Source: Eledone cirrhosa (Eukaryota). From it: a stretch of DNA of 64,000 nucleotides. How positions within the stretch are numbered: position 1 is the first letter of the stretch; each line of letters starts with the position of its first letter. This document shows positions 1 to 12,546 of this stretch, in pieces. Location of the stretch: positions 27,032,001 to 27,096,000 of the forward strand of contig OZ024755.1 of NCBI GenBank assembly GCA_964016885.1, written 5' to 3'. The notes beneath the pieces are model-generated. The model was not told the origin of the DNA and did no database searches. It saw only the letters and a list, made by a program, of their open reading frames with translations. A program made the position numbers and the translations under genes.

Positions 1-118
1 ATATATATATATATATATAATAGTAGAACACTGCTGGGTTAAATACATACATAGTATTTCTCTCTTCTGCCTCTTAGAACAATACATCAATTTTATGGAA
101 TAGAATGGATTTTTAAAA

Positions 119-300
119 TAATTGTTTCTACTATTGGCACAAGGCCAGCAATTACCCAGTACATTACTGGTACTTTATTTTATCAATCCCGTAAGGATGA
201 AAGGCAAAGTTAACCTCGGAGGGATTTGAACTCAGAATGGCAAGGGCCGTATCTCTATGCGTCAAAGCATGGCGTCCGACCCTCTACCGATACTGCCAAT
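119..300 (-). mobile_element. tRNA-derived SINE family A (Meta-domain-like)
   Basis: Reverse complement has A-box-like TGGCAGTATCGG, B-box GAGTTCAAATCC, and a central GCCTTTCATCCTTACGGG..TGATAAAATAAAGTACCAG resembling the MetaSINE domain; matches many other copies in the window. Confidence 0.8.
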
Positions 301-1105
301 TCATTTAAAATAATGTTTTTGCAATTCCTTCATCCATGTGTGGGTCTGACAAGTATGGTAGGGTTTGATGCATGTTATCTATTTTATTTATTGATTACAT
401 AGATATTAATTTTGCCCACCTAGACAAAAAATACATCAACAAAAACATACACTCCACGGAAGTGAGGCTTCTCTGTATGTTGTCAGTAGTTTAATGACTT
501 ACAACAAGTATTGTCTGCCTATTTATTAAACTAGGTAGACAATACTGAGACAATTCAGCCCCCTTTTCTGCTATCTGTTAATTTACATATCTGAATCTGT
601 TTCTGTTGTCTCTGAAACTTAGTTCTTTCTATGTCTCCTTCTGCTGATAAATATACTGCTATAACTATCAGGTCTATTTATATACTTCCATTATTGATTT
701 TCTTTCCACTACTAAGAGAAATGAGATTTATTTGAAATATTCTTGTACACTGGCTAGGTTGACACTATTATTAGCCTCCATTGAGGAAGACAGAAACAGA
801 CTATATAACTGCAGTAGATCCAAGTGAAAATACCAATGCACTACATTACATTACACATGCATTACACTTAAACATACTACACTAGGTACTGTACATAGAG
901 TGCACATTTCCTCTTCCTGCTCTTCAGAACTGCAACTGTTAACATTTAGATAAATCTCGGGAGGTATTAAGGAAAGGGCATTTTATGATCTGATGTAAAG
1001 ACAATATCATTTTATTTACTTAAATCTATTGAATCAATTTTATTTGAAATACACAGAGATATGTGTGGGTGTTGGTATATGTATGTGTGTGTGTGTGTGT
1101 GTGTG

Positions 1106-1145
<40 letters not shown>

Positions 1146-1148
<3 letters not shown>

Positions 1149-1284
1149 GTAGGGTGTCGTAAAATACCAAGTGGACCATAACCCACCAGAGTACTCGATA
1201 CTGGAGTAGTAGAGTGGGTAATATGAAAAGATTCAGGACCCTGTTCGGATCTAGCTGTCGAAACGGTCCTGAATCTTTTCATAT
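1146..1284. mobile_element. Fold-back element in (TA)n, putative Penelope-like terminal repeat fragment
   Basis: 20-bp perfect inverted arms ATATGAAAAGATTCAGGACC at 1221-1284; the flank 1146-1220 matches 57890-57947 in opposite orientation; both copies abut (TA)n. Confidence 0.5.
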
Positions 1285-1292
1285 ATATATAT

Positions 1293-1650
1293 TATCATGA
1301 TTTAATGTCTATTTTGCATGCTTGAATAGGTAAAGTGGGTTGTCATGTACTGGGGCCAGACTGGTCAGGTAACCATGTCTTGCCCATATGTTTCATTTTT
1401 GGCTTGGTTTCTATGGTTTGATTCCGTTCCTAATGCCAACCGCTTTACAGTATATAGCACTGTATTGTGATTCCGGCACTATCACCTTACAGGGTGGACT
1501 GGGTGCTTTTTCTTGTAGTACCAGCATTGCCGCCTTACAGTGCAGATTGGGTATTTTTTGTCATGGCACCAACGCAACCACCTTACTGGGTAGGCTTGGT
1601 GCATTTATCATGGCACCTGTACTACCTCATTACAACACTAGGGTGCTTAG
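1293..1650 (-). mobile_element. Degenerate RTE 3' UTR-type element with 48-bp modules
   Basis: Repeated TTACAGTG..GGGTGCTTTTT modules and a tail similar to the 3' end of the LINE at 21937-25170. Confidence 0.6.
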
Positions 1651-1718
1651 TGTGTCCTTAATGAGCCTGGGGAAACATTGATGGGAGTAAAGGGTGTGTA
1701 CATGAGAAGGTTGTAGGT

Positions 1719-2277
1719 CAGGCGTGTCAAACATGCAGCCCTTTACAAGCACACCTGCAGCCCGCACAAAGGTTTTTACAGTGCGAGTATGTTTTATCTA
1801 TGTAAAATTAGTTGTAATGTGCGCAATTAGTTGTGGTGTGTAGCCCTCAGACAACACATATGTGACCCATGTGGCCCTCAGACAACACATATGTGACCCA
1901 TGTGGCCCTCAGACAACACATATGTGACCCATGTGGCCCTCAGACAACACATATGTGACCCATGTGGCCCTCAGACAACACATATGTGACCCATGTGGCC
2001 CTCAGACAACACATATGTGACCCATGTGGCCCTCAGACAACACATATGTGACCCATGTAGCCCTCAGACAACACATATGTGATCCCTGTGGCCCTCAGAC
2101 AACACATATGTGACCCATGTAGCCCTCAGACAACACATATGTGACCCATGTAGCCCTCAGACAACACATATGTGACCCATGTGGCCCTCAGACAACACAT
2201 ATGTGACCCATGTGGCCCTCAGACAACACATATGTGACCCATGTGGCTCTCAGGGGACCCTCAATTTGATATGCCTG
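1719..2277. mobile_element. hAT-type MITE with internal minisatellite
   Basis: TIRs CAGGCGTGTCAAA / TTTGATATGCCTG; 8-bp TSD TTGTAGGT/GTGTAGGT; short sibling copy at 58584-58799. Confidence 0.85.
1844..2246. repeat. 31-bp minisatellite, 13 copies
   Basis: Unit CCCTCAGACAACACATATGTGACCCATGTGG in head-to-tail array. Confidence 0.97.
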
Positions 2278-2700
2278 GTGTAGGTTATATGCTACTTGCC
2301 AGGGTGGGTGGGTGCAGATGGGCAACATTTCACCATGGGAGAGGAAGTACGAGGTGAGGTGGAAGGGGACCTGAAGCAAGTGGGTAGTGTTGGCTGAGGA
2401 AGATGAATCACGGAAGGTTTGCTCTAGCTTTTCTCCCTAGCATGGGTTGGATGAGGAAATATGGGGGATATATAAAATGATGAATACTACAACAATATTT
2501 TAGAAAATTAGATAAAATTAGATAGATCAAACAGTATACTAATGAGACACATTCAACCACACAAAACACAAACAACAGTGACCAAACGACTTTACACAAC
2601 AACAACAACAACAGCAATAATAATTATGACTTCTAATTTAGTCAGAAGGCTAGACATTTTGGGGAGTGGAAAGTCAATAAAATTAACCATGGCACTTTAC

Positions 2701-2710
2701 GTGCGTGTGC

Positions 2711-2792
<82 letters not shown>
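2701..2792. repeat. (GT)n microsatellite
   Basis: Direct reading. Confidence 0.98.
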
Positions 2793-2793
<1 letters not shown>

Positions 2794-3049
2794 TCACATT
2801 ATCAACACCCTCATTTTTACATAATAGACAATTTTTCTCAAGGATGACTAGTCAGCAGATTATGTGTAGCTTAGTAATGCCAGCTTTCAATATAGCATAC
2901 ACATTGGTTTTGTGGTGCTTCTGTAGATTTAGAATACATGACACTACATGACTCCTGGGGTTGTATACTTGGAATAATTTCCAAATATTTTCCAATTCCA
3001 ATGGACATATGCTTGAAAAGCAAAGCAAACGACAAAGCATAAATGAATT

Positions 3050-3478
3050 AAGAGAGAGACTGAGCATAAGAGGAATCAAATGTGGGCAGAAGAGGAGGTT
3101 GCATTGGTATTGACATGTGATGCATATGAAGGATCACAGCTACATAAAAAGGTGTAGAACACTAAAAGTCGATGGAAACCTTGGAGTGGGGAGACCCAAG
3201 AAGACTTGGGATGAGGTGATAAAAACTGACCTTGCTCAATTGCACCTCTCAAAGGTGATGACACAGAACAGAAACCTCTGGCGTTACACAGTAATACAGA
3301 AGACCTGACCCTCCAAGGGTACAAGCCGAAGCTGAAGCATGTAGACAGTATTCTCCCACTTCCCTCTCACTGTAAAGTGGTCGTGTAGGTGTCGTGACAA
3401 AAATCAGTCAGTCCACACTGTAAAGTGTTCGTGTAGGCTCTACAGTAAAAAAGCACCCAGTACTCACTGTAAATGAGG
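3050..3478 (+). mobile_element. 5'-truncated RTE LINE (ORF C-terminus plus 3' UTR)
   Basis: ORF 3117-3308 (GRPKKTWDEVIKTDL...WRYTVIQKT) matches the C-terminus of ORF 23867-24790; followed by 48-bp modules. Confidence 0.85.
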
Positions 3479-4396
3479 AAAAAAAAATAGAATTTCAAAG
3501 CCCGCCTATCTTCCTTAGGTCAACTTGAGACCCATTTTTTAAATTTCTCAGGCTCGCTCGTTGGCCCAAGGGTCCATATTGAGAATCCTTGGTAAAGAAG
3601 GGGGTAATGAAAGTGGATCAAAATACAAGATTGAGTAAACCTATGATTCAGGGCTTTACAGCCATTAACATCCCATCTTTTTTCCGTCCCCAAGAATAAT
3701 GTACTTTCAATTTGTCCTTTTTTTTAAGGTGGTAGGGAATTTGGGGGAGATTTGGCTGCTATTTCTATAAAATCAAGCATATGCATTCAACTATAATAGC
3801 TGAAGAGTTTTGAACTCAGTACTGTGACATATGAGGGTGTTATGAATGGAGCATTTTAACTTTTACTTTCTATTTTCCTTTCATAGAAAGTGACTTGGTT
3901 TTGATAGTTGAGTTGTCATTGAGGTTCGTGGTATTTAGTCCCAAGTGAGATCTGGCCAGGCAAACCCATCATCAAAGATATTGTAGCCGTGACCATCCTG
4001 TTTTGTTTTTCAAATATGGTGCATCCAGGATTACATCATCCAATATGTTCCTTTTCAAGACATTCATCATCATCATCATCATTTTACGTCTGCTTTTCCC
4101 TGCTTGCAAGACAGTAGGGTGTAATTTCAAGGAGATTTGACTACTATTTCTTTGCAAGTTGAGTGACCATATATGTTGTCAGTTGTGATGAAGTAAACAT
4201 ATGAACAGAGACATTCCAGCCATGACCACTCCTTTTTTTTTTTTTCTTTATCTCTTTTCTTTTTGGTAGACAGTAAGATGGGACTAAATGTAAATTTGGC
4301 TGTTAGTTTTAGCAAATTGAATGACCACATAATGGCTTCCTTGTCGACATATTGATAACAGTAAATATTTGTAGTCATTACCTACTTCACTCTTAA

Positions 4397-4609
4397 CCCT
4401 TTAGCATTTAAACTGGCCATATCCAGCCAGAATTCTCTCATCTCTTTCTGTTCAAACTGGCTGTAACTGGCCACTGATGTTAAGGTATTGTTCTCAAAAT
4501 AAATAATATCGAAATCTCACAGATATATAATATTATGTGAGATATGTGAGGTAAAGCCTTCACTGTGAAAATACAATAGTAAATATAGAGTAATGTAAAT
4601 GCTGAAGGG
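4397..4609. mobile_element. piggyBac-type MITE family P1
   Basis: TTAA on both sides; TIR CCCTTTAGCATTTA / TAAATGCTGAAGGG; about 20 related copies in window. Confidence 0.85.
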
Positions 4610-4863
4610 TTAATCTACATTATTGTTTAACAGTGGAGCTTTACTTAGGTTTTTGGGTTACTGGTATGCTTGATTTCTCATTAGTCATGAAACAATTATT
4701 TTCACATAAAATTCAATGCATTTTAAATACCAATAATTATTACAAGACATCATTATAATTTACTGTTTTCCCATGATTGCAGAATTCTCTCCTTTTCCCC
4801 TATTAATTTCTTCCACTTGACCTAACATGTTACCAAAAATAATTAAAGAAAATGTGCCATTAA

Positions 4864-5079
4864 CCCTTTCGCATTTAAGCTGGCTGTATCCAGCCAGAAT
4901 TCTCACCTCTTTCTGTTCAAACTGACTGTAACCGGCCACTCATATTGACATTAAGGTATTGTTTTCAAAATAAATATCATCAAAATCTAATAGATTCGAT
5001 GTTATGTGAGATAATTTTGTGAAATAAAGCCCCTTTACCATGAAAATACGATATATAGAGTAATGTAAATACTAAAGGG
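4864..5079. mobile_element. piggyBac-type MITE P1
   Basis: Same TIRs and body as 4397-4609. Confidence 0.8.
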
Positions 5080-5400
5080 TTGAATAAAATGTTACTTTTG
5101 TAAATAAAACGTATTTCCTGTTTCATGAAATTTCTATTGTGCTTATGTGAGCTTAAAATATTTTTTGTACCAAAATTGGGTAACGGGGAAGAAAAAAGTA
5201 AGGAACATTAGTCTACACCTAGTTGATTTTTACCTCTCATCCTCCTCTGAGATCAATAAAATAAAGGAGTACTATTCAGAGTACTGGTTTTGATCTAAGG
5301 CAGAGGTTATCAAACTTTTTGGGCTACTACCCCACGCACAGCCATGTTACACCCACAGTGCCCTCTTCCCAGAGAGACCTGTCTGCACACAAATTCTAAA

Positions 5401-6075
5401 TCTTAACTATAATAAAGGAAGAGTGTGAATATATTTTTTTTACCCTGTTTGTAAAATAAGTTGGATAACTTTGAATAAATAATTGTTTCTGCTTTAGGCA
5501 CAAGGCCAGCAATTACCCAGTGCATTACTGGTACTTTATTTTATCGACCCCGTAAGGATGAAAGGCAAAGTCAACCTCGGCGGGATTTGAACTCAGATCA
5601 TAAAGGGACGTAACTATGCTGGAAAGCATGGCGTCCGACCCTCTACCGATACTCCCAATCCACCGCCTTTGAATAAATAATGAATGAATATTACATAATT
5701 TATCTACTAAATTTCGTGGTTGTTGATTAAATATATTTTATAGCTTATTTAATGATTCACTTCTTTAAAATTTTCAAATGTCAACACTTCCGGTTAGCGG
5801 CCGTTTTATTATAACACTTATAAAAATATCGCATATATTTCCGTCGCTAATTTTCTCCTAATGCAGTTTATATATAATATCGTCTTTTTTAAATGTATCA
5901 TGGATTACTTTACTGATTACATAAGACAGTGTAACATAGACTTCGTTCAATTTCTGTGTATATTGTCAATCACGATTTTATTTGATGTATCATATCTACA
6001 TGCATATATGTCTATAATATTTTACACACTACACTTGCTAGCAGAAAACCACCCGAAGGGTGGTTTTTCTGCTAA
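5401..6075 (+). mobile_element. Non-autonomous Helitron
   Basis: Starts TCTTAACTATAATAAAG after an A, ends with hairpin plus CTAA before a T, no TSD; removing it restores the host MITE sequence. Confidence 0.8.
5484..5667 (-). mobile_element. SINE family A, full length
   Basis: Family consensus; TSD TTTGAATAAATAAT on both sides. Confidence 0.9.
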
Positions 6076-6538
6076 TAATATATAATAAATAAAACCGTTA
6101 GTCTATATTATTTTATTTATATATAAATTATGTATAAATAAATATTATATATATATTTTATTTTATATATATATTTTATCATTTGATATTTGATGTACTA
6201 TTATATCATCTCTACCATCAACCTCCCACCACCCCCTTAGGTCCTAGTGCTCCCTGGACCTTCTCAACACCCCTTCACCCGGGGTTGGTAGCGCCCACTT
6301 TGAGAACCTCTGATCTAAGATTTTAGATAAATTTTTAAAGGCGCTATACATCAGCATAGTTGTCCAATAATTGAAACAAGGAAAATATTTATAAAAAAAT
6401 TAACTACAATGTTGTTTTCTAACATCAAATATCGATTTTCTTTTAACCCTTTTGTTAACATATTTCTAAAGAGATTTTAAAGAGAATTTCCAGCTTTGTG
6501 AACATCCTAAAAAATTATGAGTTATCAGTCTTATGCAA

Positions 6539-7386
6539 ACAGTGCGTTAGTAAGGTTGCCTTAACATACAGTGCTTTAGTAAGGTTGCCTTAACATACAG
6601 TGCTTTAGTAAGGTTGCTTTAACATACAGTGTTTTAGTAAGGTTGCTTTAACATACAGTGCTTTAGTAAGGTTGCTTTAACATACAGTGCTTTAGTAAGG
6701 TTGCCTTAACATACAGTGCTTTAGTAAGGTTGCTTTAACATACAGTGCTTTAGTAAGGTTGCCTTAACATACAGTGCTTTAGTAAGGTTGCTTTAACATA
6801 CAATGCTTTAGTAAGGTTGCCTTAACATACAGTGCTTTAGTAAGGTTGCCTTAACATACAATGCTTTAGTAAGGTTGCCTTAACATACAGTGCTTTAGTA
6901 AGGTTGCTTTAACATACAATGCTTTAGTAAGGTTGCCTTAACATACAGTGCTTTAGTAAGGTTGCTTCAACATACAGTCCTTTAGTAAGGTTGCTTCAAC
7001 ATACAGTGCTTTAGTAAGGTTGCCTTAACATACAGTGCTTTAGTAAGGTTGCCTTAACATACAATGCTTTAGTAAGGTTGCCTTAACATACAGTGCTTTA
7101 GTAAGGTTGCCTTAACATACAGTGCTTTAGTAAGGTTGCTTTAACATACAGTGCTTTAGTAAGGTTGCCTTAACATACAGTGCTTTAGTAAGGTTGCTTC
7201 AACATACAGTGCTTTAGTAAGGTTGCTTCAACATACAGTGCTTTAGTAAGGTTGCCTTAACATACAGTGCTTTAGTAAGGTTGCCTTAACATACAATGCT
7301 TTAGTAAGGTTGCCTTAACATACAGTGCTTTAGTAAGGTTGCTTCAACATACAATGCTTTAGTAAGGTTGCCTTAACATACAGTGC
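6539..7386. repeat. 29-bp minisatellite, about 29 copies
   Basis: Unit ACAGTGCTTTAGTAAGGTTGCCTTAACAT with few variant positions. Confidence 0.97.
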
Positions 7387-7472
7387 ATATATGACCTAGA
7401 TAATACACACATATGCACACACACACACACACACACAGCGGTATTTATCTCAGTTTCACCTACATATAATAA

Positions 7473-7675
7473 TTTTACTTTAGGCCAGACATTTTTTGGG
7501 GGGAGGTGAGAATCGATTAAATCGACCCCAGTGCATTACTGGTACTTTATTATATCAACGCCATAAGGATGAAGGGCAAAACTAACCTTTGCGGGATTTG
7601 AACGCAGAACGTAAAGGGACGTAACTTTATGTCAATAAGCATGGTTGTCCGACACTCTACCGACACTGCTAATCC
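7473..7675 (-). mobile_element. SINE family A (long variant)
   Basis: Family consensus with extra GTCGATTAAATCGAC-type segment. Confidence 0.75.
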
Positions 7676-7806
7676 AGATAGTATTCTTAGGGGAGTATAT
7701 AATTTGGTGGTTGGAAGGAGTGATTTCATTGGTCTTCCAGAGAATCTTAGAAATGAACCAAATGAACCATGAACTTTAGCTAGGCATTTATTGATTTCAT
7801 TAGATA

Positions 7807-8146
7807 TCATCATCATCATCATTTCATTTTACGTCTGCTTTTTCCCTGCTTGCAAGGGTGGGACAGGAACTGATGCTGGCTCAATTTCTACAGCTGGATG
7901 CCCTTCCTAACACCAACCTCATTTACTGTGAGTGGTGGGTGCTTTTTTGCCGTGGCACCTCCATGACCACTTTGCAGTGGAATGATAGGGACCCCAGTCC
8001 CCATCATCTCATTTCTACAGCTGAGTAAACTGGAGCAATGTGAAATAAAGTGTCTTGCTCAAGGAAACAACACATCACCCGGTCTGAGAATTGAACTCAC
8101 AACCTTTCGATTGCAAGGCCAATGCTCTAACCACTAGGCCATGTGC
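7807..8146 (-). mobile_element. tRNA/CORE-type SINE family B
   Basis: Reverse complement of 12547-12877; (ATG)n tail. Confidence 0.85.
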
Positions 8147-8602
8147 CTTGATGATAGTTAGCTACATGGGGGAGGGATAGATAGATAGATAGAGAGAGTG
8201 AGAGAGAGAGGTCACACTTCAATGTTGAAGTTTGATTATCAATCAGCTGGTGACCATCAACCTGGATTCATGGTACACATATCTCCAAACGAGGTGGTTG
8301 AAGCATGATGTTGCGAGATCCGGAAGGTGTTGTATATGTTAAATGCAGTTGAAAATGTTGCTCTTAGTTACTGTGTCATACTTACCATTGATTACAGGTA
8401 ATTAGTATGACACAGACAAGTGTTGATAAATCTTGTGTTGACTGATAACCATAATCTCACTAATCAATCAGTGAGCCTCTATGTCAGGTGTGTTGGACCA
8501 CTTGCCCATGGTTCTCCATGAGGGCCGTATTAAGTATGCATCCAGTGAAGCCCCCAGCCCACACTGTAAAGTGGTCATGTTTGGAGCATAAATGTTTTTA
8601 CA

Positions 8603-8790
8603 TAATTGTTTCTACTTTAGGCACAAGGCCAGCAATTACCCAGTGCATTACTGGTACTTTATTTTATCGACCCCGTAAGGATGAAAGGCAAAGTCAACCT
8701 CGGCGGGATTTGAACTCAGATCGTAAAGGGACGTAACTATGCTGGAAAGCATGGCGTCCGACCCTCTACCAATACTGCCAATCCACCGCC
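8603..8790 (-). mobile_element. SINE family A
   Basis: Near identical to 5484-5667. Confidence 0.9.
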
Positions 8791-8893
8791 CTTATATTTA
8801 CACCCTTTACTTTATATAATTAATGTTTTTACTTTTGATACCAAACATCCTGGAACTGCCCTTGGTTCTATAATACAAAACTGTTTGGTTGAA

Positions 8894-9070
8894 CACTTTA
8901 GCAATTCAAACTGGCCATATCCGACCAGAGTTCTCTCACCTCTTTCTGTTCAAACTAGCTGTAATTGGCCCCTCATGCTTATATTAAGGTATTGTTCTCA
9001 AAATAAATAATATCAAAATCTCAAAGATTCTATATTATGTGAGGTAAAACCTTTACCATGAAAATACAAT

Positions 9071-9145
<75 letters not shown>

Positions 9146-9164
9146 TAATGTTAATGCTAAAGGG
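8894..9164. mobile_element. piggyBac-type MITE P1 with expanded internal (TA)n
   Basis: P1 body; (TA)n at 9074-9142 replaces the short TATATA seen in other copies. Confidence 0.75.
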
Positions 9165-9361
9165 TTAAGGTCATCATCATCACCGTTTAACGTCCATCTT
9201 CCACGCTTGCATGGGTTTGGACGGGAGTTTTCCCACTTGAGGCAAGAGTGGTTGTCTTGCTCGCATAGGACTGTCTGGCAGGTTTTCTACAGCTGGATGC
9301 CCTTCCTAACACCAACCACGTTTACAGTGTTTATATCTATCTAAAACCCTTCCATTATGTG

Positions 9362-9541
9362 AATTGGCAGTATCGGTAGAGCATCGGACACCATGCTTTG
9401 CAGCATAGTTACGTCCCTTTACGATCTGAGTTCAAATCCCGCCGAGGTTGACTTTGCCTTTCATCCTTACGGGGTCGATAAAATAAAGTACCAGTAATGA
9501 ACTGGGTAATTGCTGGCCTTGTGCCTAAAGTAGAAACAATT
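9362..9541 (+). mobile_element. SINE family A
   Basis: Family consensus; another copy follows at about 9591-9815. Confidence 0.85.
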
Positions 9542-10185
9542 AATTATATAAAGTAAAAAAAAAAAAAATGTATTATTACTCTGTATGAGAGGGCAGTGGA
9601 TTGGCAGTATCAGTGGAGAGTTGCACACCATGCTTTGCAGCATAGAGTTATGGTCCTTTACGGTCTGAGTTCAAATCCCGCTGAGGTTAACTTTGCCTTT
9701 CATCCTTACGGGGTCGATAAAATAAAGCACCAGTAACGTACTGGGGTCGATTTAATCGACTTTACACCCCCCCCCCCAATTACTTACCGGCCTTGAGCCT
9801 ATACTAGAAATCATTATTACTCTGTGTGAGACAATATGAAATAAGTTGCAGATTCAATTATTCATTTTTTAATTTAATTGTATTCCTATTTAATTACAAT
9901 GGGTAGGGTGGGCAGTAATAATGCTTAGTCTGCTTGTATTTACTTGACAAAAAGGAGAGGAGAAAGATTACACTAAAAGTTAATCATATCTTAGCTTGGG
10001 ATTTAGGATTTGGGAACTTTGCCATATAATCCCCTTTTACAAATATTGTAATACCTCATTATCATAAGGTTCATGATAATTTGGTTCTAAAACTGAGCTG
10101 TGCATTGTGTCCTTGAGCAAGATACTTTATTTCATGTTCCTCCAGTTCACTAAGCTGTTAAAAATGAGTTGTGTTTGTAATTCAG

Positions 10186-10402
10186 CCCTTCAGTATTTAA
10201 ACCGACCATATCCGGCCAGATTCCCTCACCTCTTTCTGTTCAAACTGGCCGTAACTGGCCACTCATACTGATGTTAAGGTATTGTTCTCAAAATAAATAT
10301 CAAAATCTCATACATTCGATATTATGTGAGATAATTATGTGAGGTAAAGGCTTTACCGTCAAAATACAACAGTATATATAGATTAATGTAAATGCTAAAG
10401 GG
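10186..10402. mobile_element. piggyBac-type MITE P1
   Basis: P1 body; inserted in an older CORE-type SINE remnant (about 10065-10185). Confidence 0.8.
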
Positions 10403-12156
10403 TTAAAGCCTTGTCACACAACATGTCTCACAATACGTCTGACTGAATCGCCAAGAGACTTATGTTTAGCGTACATGTGCCTGTGGAATGCTTAACTGAT
10501 CCACTACAGTCTGAGGTCATCCTATCCACTAAAGCCTAAGGGACCTCTTCACTCTACAACCGGAAAAAAAATATAGGGAAAAATCAATAGATAAATCATC
10601 AAACTTTAATCCCTCATTATTTCAGATTTATCATATTATAGATAAAGAGATCTGGGGGCTATGTATGTCTCACATTCCTTTAAATTATGGAATAAACTCC
10701 ATAGTAAGTATTCTAATTGTGTTATCAATGGAACAGCCTGTTCATGAAAGTAATATGTAAGTGGCTGAGTATTCCACAGTCCTCTGAGCATTCTACAGAC
10801 AATGGTGACCGTAATTTTCTAATAGATTTAACATGTTACAATGTGTGGTGTGACCAGGCTGGCCCCTTGAATTTAGATATGTTCATTTTTGTCAGCTGAG
10901 TGAACTAGAGCAGTATGAAATAAAGTATATTGCTCAAGGACACAATGTACTGCTGGAAATTGAACTCACAACCTTATGATTATGAGCCAAACATCCTAAG
11001 CATTAATCCACACACTTTCACCATCTCAATTATATATGTACTATCTCAAACAGATGGTATGTAGGCTTATGATTTGGGGGAAACTGTCCATAGGATTGAG
11101 ATACACAAAACGTTTAATTTTCTTGTTATCGTCACCATCAACATATGTTCACTTTCTATATTGGCATGGGTTAGACAGCTTGTCACTGTCTAAGACCTAA
11201 AGGATCAGAGAAACCTCATCGTGCTCATACTTTCCATATTTGGCTTGATTTCTATAACTGAAGGGTCCTCTCAAACCTTATATTGTCTTCCTTTGATTAC
11301 TATCACTGTAGACTATAATTTTGAAAATAATCAAGAATTTAGGAGGATTTAATAAAATAAGTAGCTTTCTTACTATTAAGCTGGTATTTGGGAGATAACT
11401 TACAAAAGATTCTTACATAAAATTATGATGGGGGATTTTTTAGATAATTATATACATTTTAAAACAATCAATTTTAGAACCAGTGTTGGCTTTATGAGGT
11501 TTGGTAATAAAATAGTTAAAATCAATTTTCAAAAGATTACCATTAAATATATAGTTGATTTGGCAGGCTCCACTAATCACTAATAACATCTTTCAATTCC
11601 TAGAAACAACCAAAAGATTTAACAGCAAAGCACACAATTTTTTTTTTTTCATCATTTTATTAAACTTTATTTGTGGGTATTGAATATTTTGTTTTAGTCA
11701 TGGCTTTTTTGCCCTATGCCTACTGTTTTAATTAAATGTGTGTGTGTGTGTATATATATATGATACGATATTAGTTTAATCTATCAGATTTAAGAGCATT
11801 AAATCAGCTTGCCTGTTGCTCTATGTCATATAATATATTATAAAGCTTCTGATTTCAGTAATCCAGTATAATTATATTTCGAAATAGATAATTATAACAA
11901 TAACACCAATACTACTGCCACCACCTTGAAATCATAACACTATGAAAGAAGGCGGTGCTCTTCTCGGGCTTAATTTCTATTATATCTATTGGTACTATAT
12001 AAATTGGTAGCAAGTGAACAACAATGTTTTCATCAAATAAATTGGGTTTTTTTTTTTTTTAAATAAACAAAAAAATATTTAAAAAGAACAACCCTCTCTC
12101 TTACTCAGCTTATTGATATTTATATATTTAGTGTGTAATTTAGTGAATAGTGAATG

Positions 12157-12340
12157 GGCATGGCAGTATTGGTAGAGGGTCGGATGCCATGCTTTGCAGC
12201 ATAGAGTTACGCCCCTTTACGGTCTGAGTTCAAATCCCGCCGAGGTTAACTTTGCCTTTCATCCTTACAGGGTCGATAGAATAAAGTACCAGTAATGCAC
12301 TGGGGTAATTGCTGGCCTTGTGCCAAAAATAGAAACAATT
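12157..12340 (+). mobile_element. SINE family A
   Basis: Family consensus. Confidence 0.85.
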
Positions 12341-12546
12341 ATTAACTCTTAACATTCTGTAATGATTTAGCAGGAAATGTTGTCCTTTCAAATGTCTATA
12401 CTATCTTTACTACTGGACAGATCATTGTGGAAATTTGCAGTACTAGAATTTTTTTTCAACACGCTGACGCGTATGTATATATATATATATATATGTGCAT
12501 ATGCATACATTTATATGTATGAGTAAATAGATATAAGTGCAAACAT

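Larger units (their letters stand above)
5301..6312. mobile_element. hAT-type MITE family H2, interrupted by a Helitron
   Basis: TIRs CAGAGGTTATCAAA / TTTGAGAACCTCTG; TSD ATCTAAGG/ATCTAAGA; uninterrupted sibling at 48414-48705. Confidence 0.85.

Noticed and set aside
6539-7386. CRISPR-like array (29-bp repeats; also the 31- and 48-bp arrays)
   Set aside because: Units are head-to-tail with no unique spacers, no cas genes, and the context is eukaryotic.
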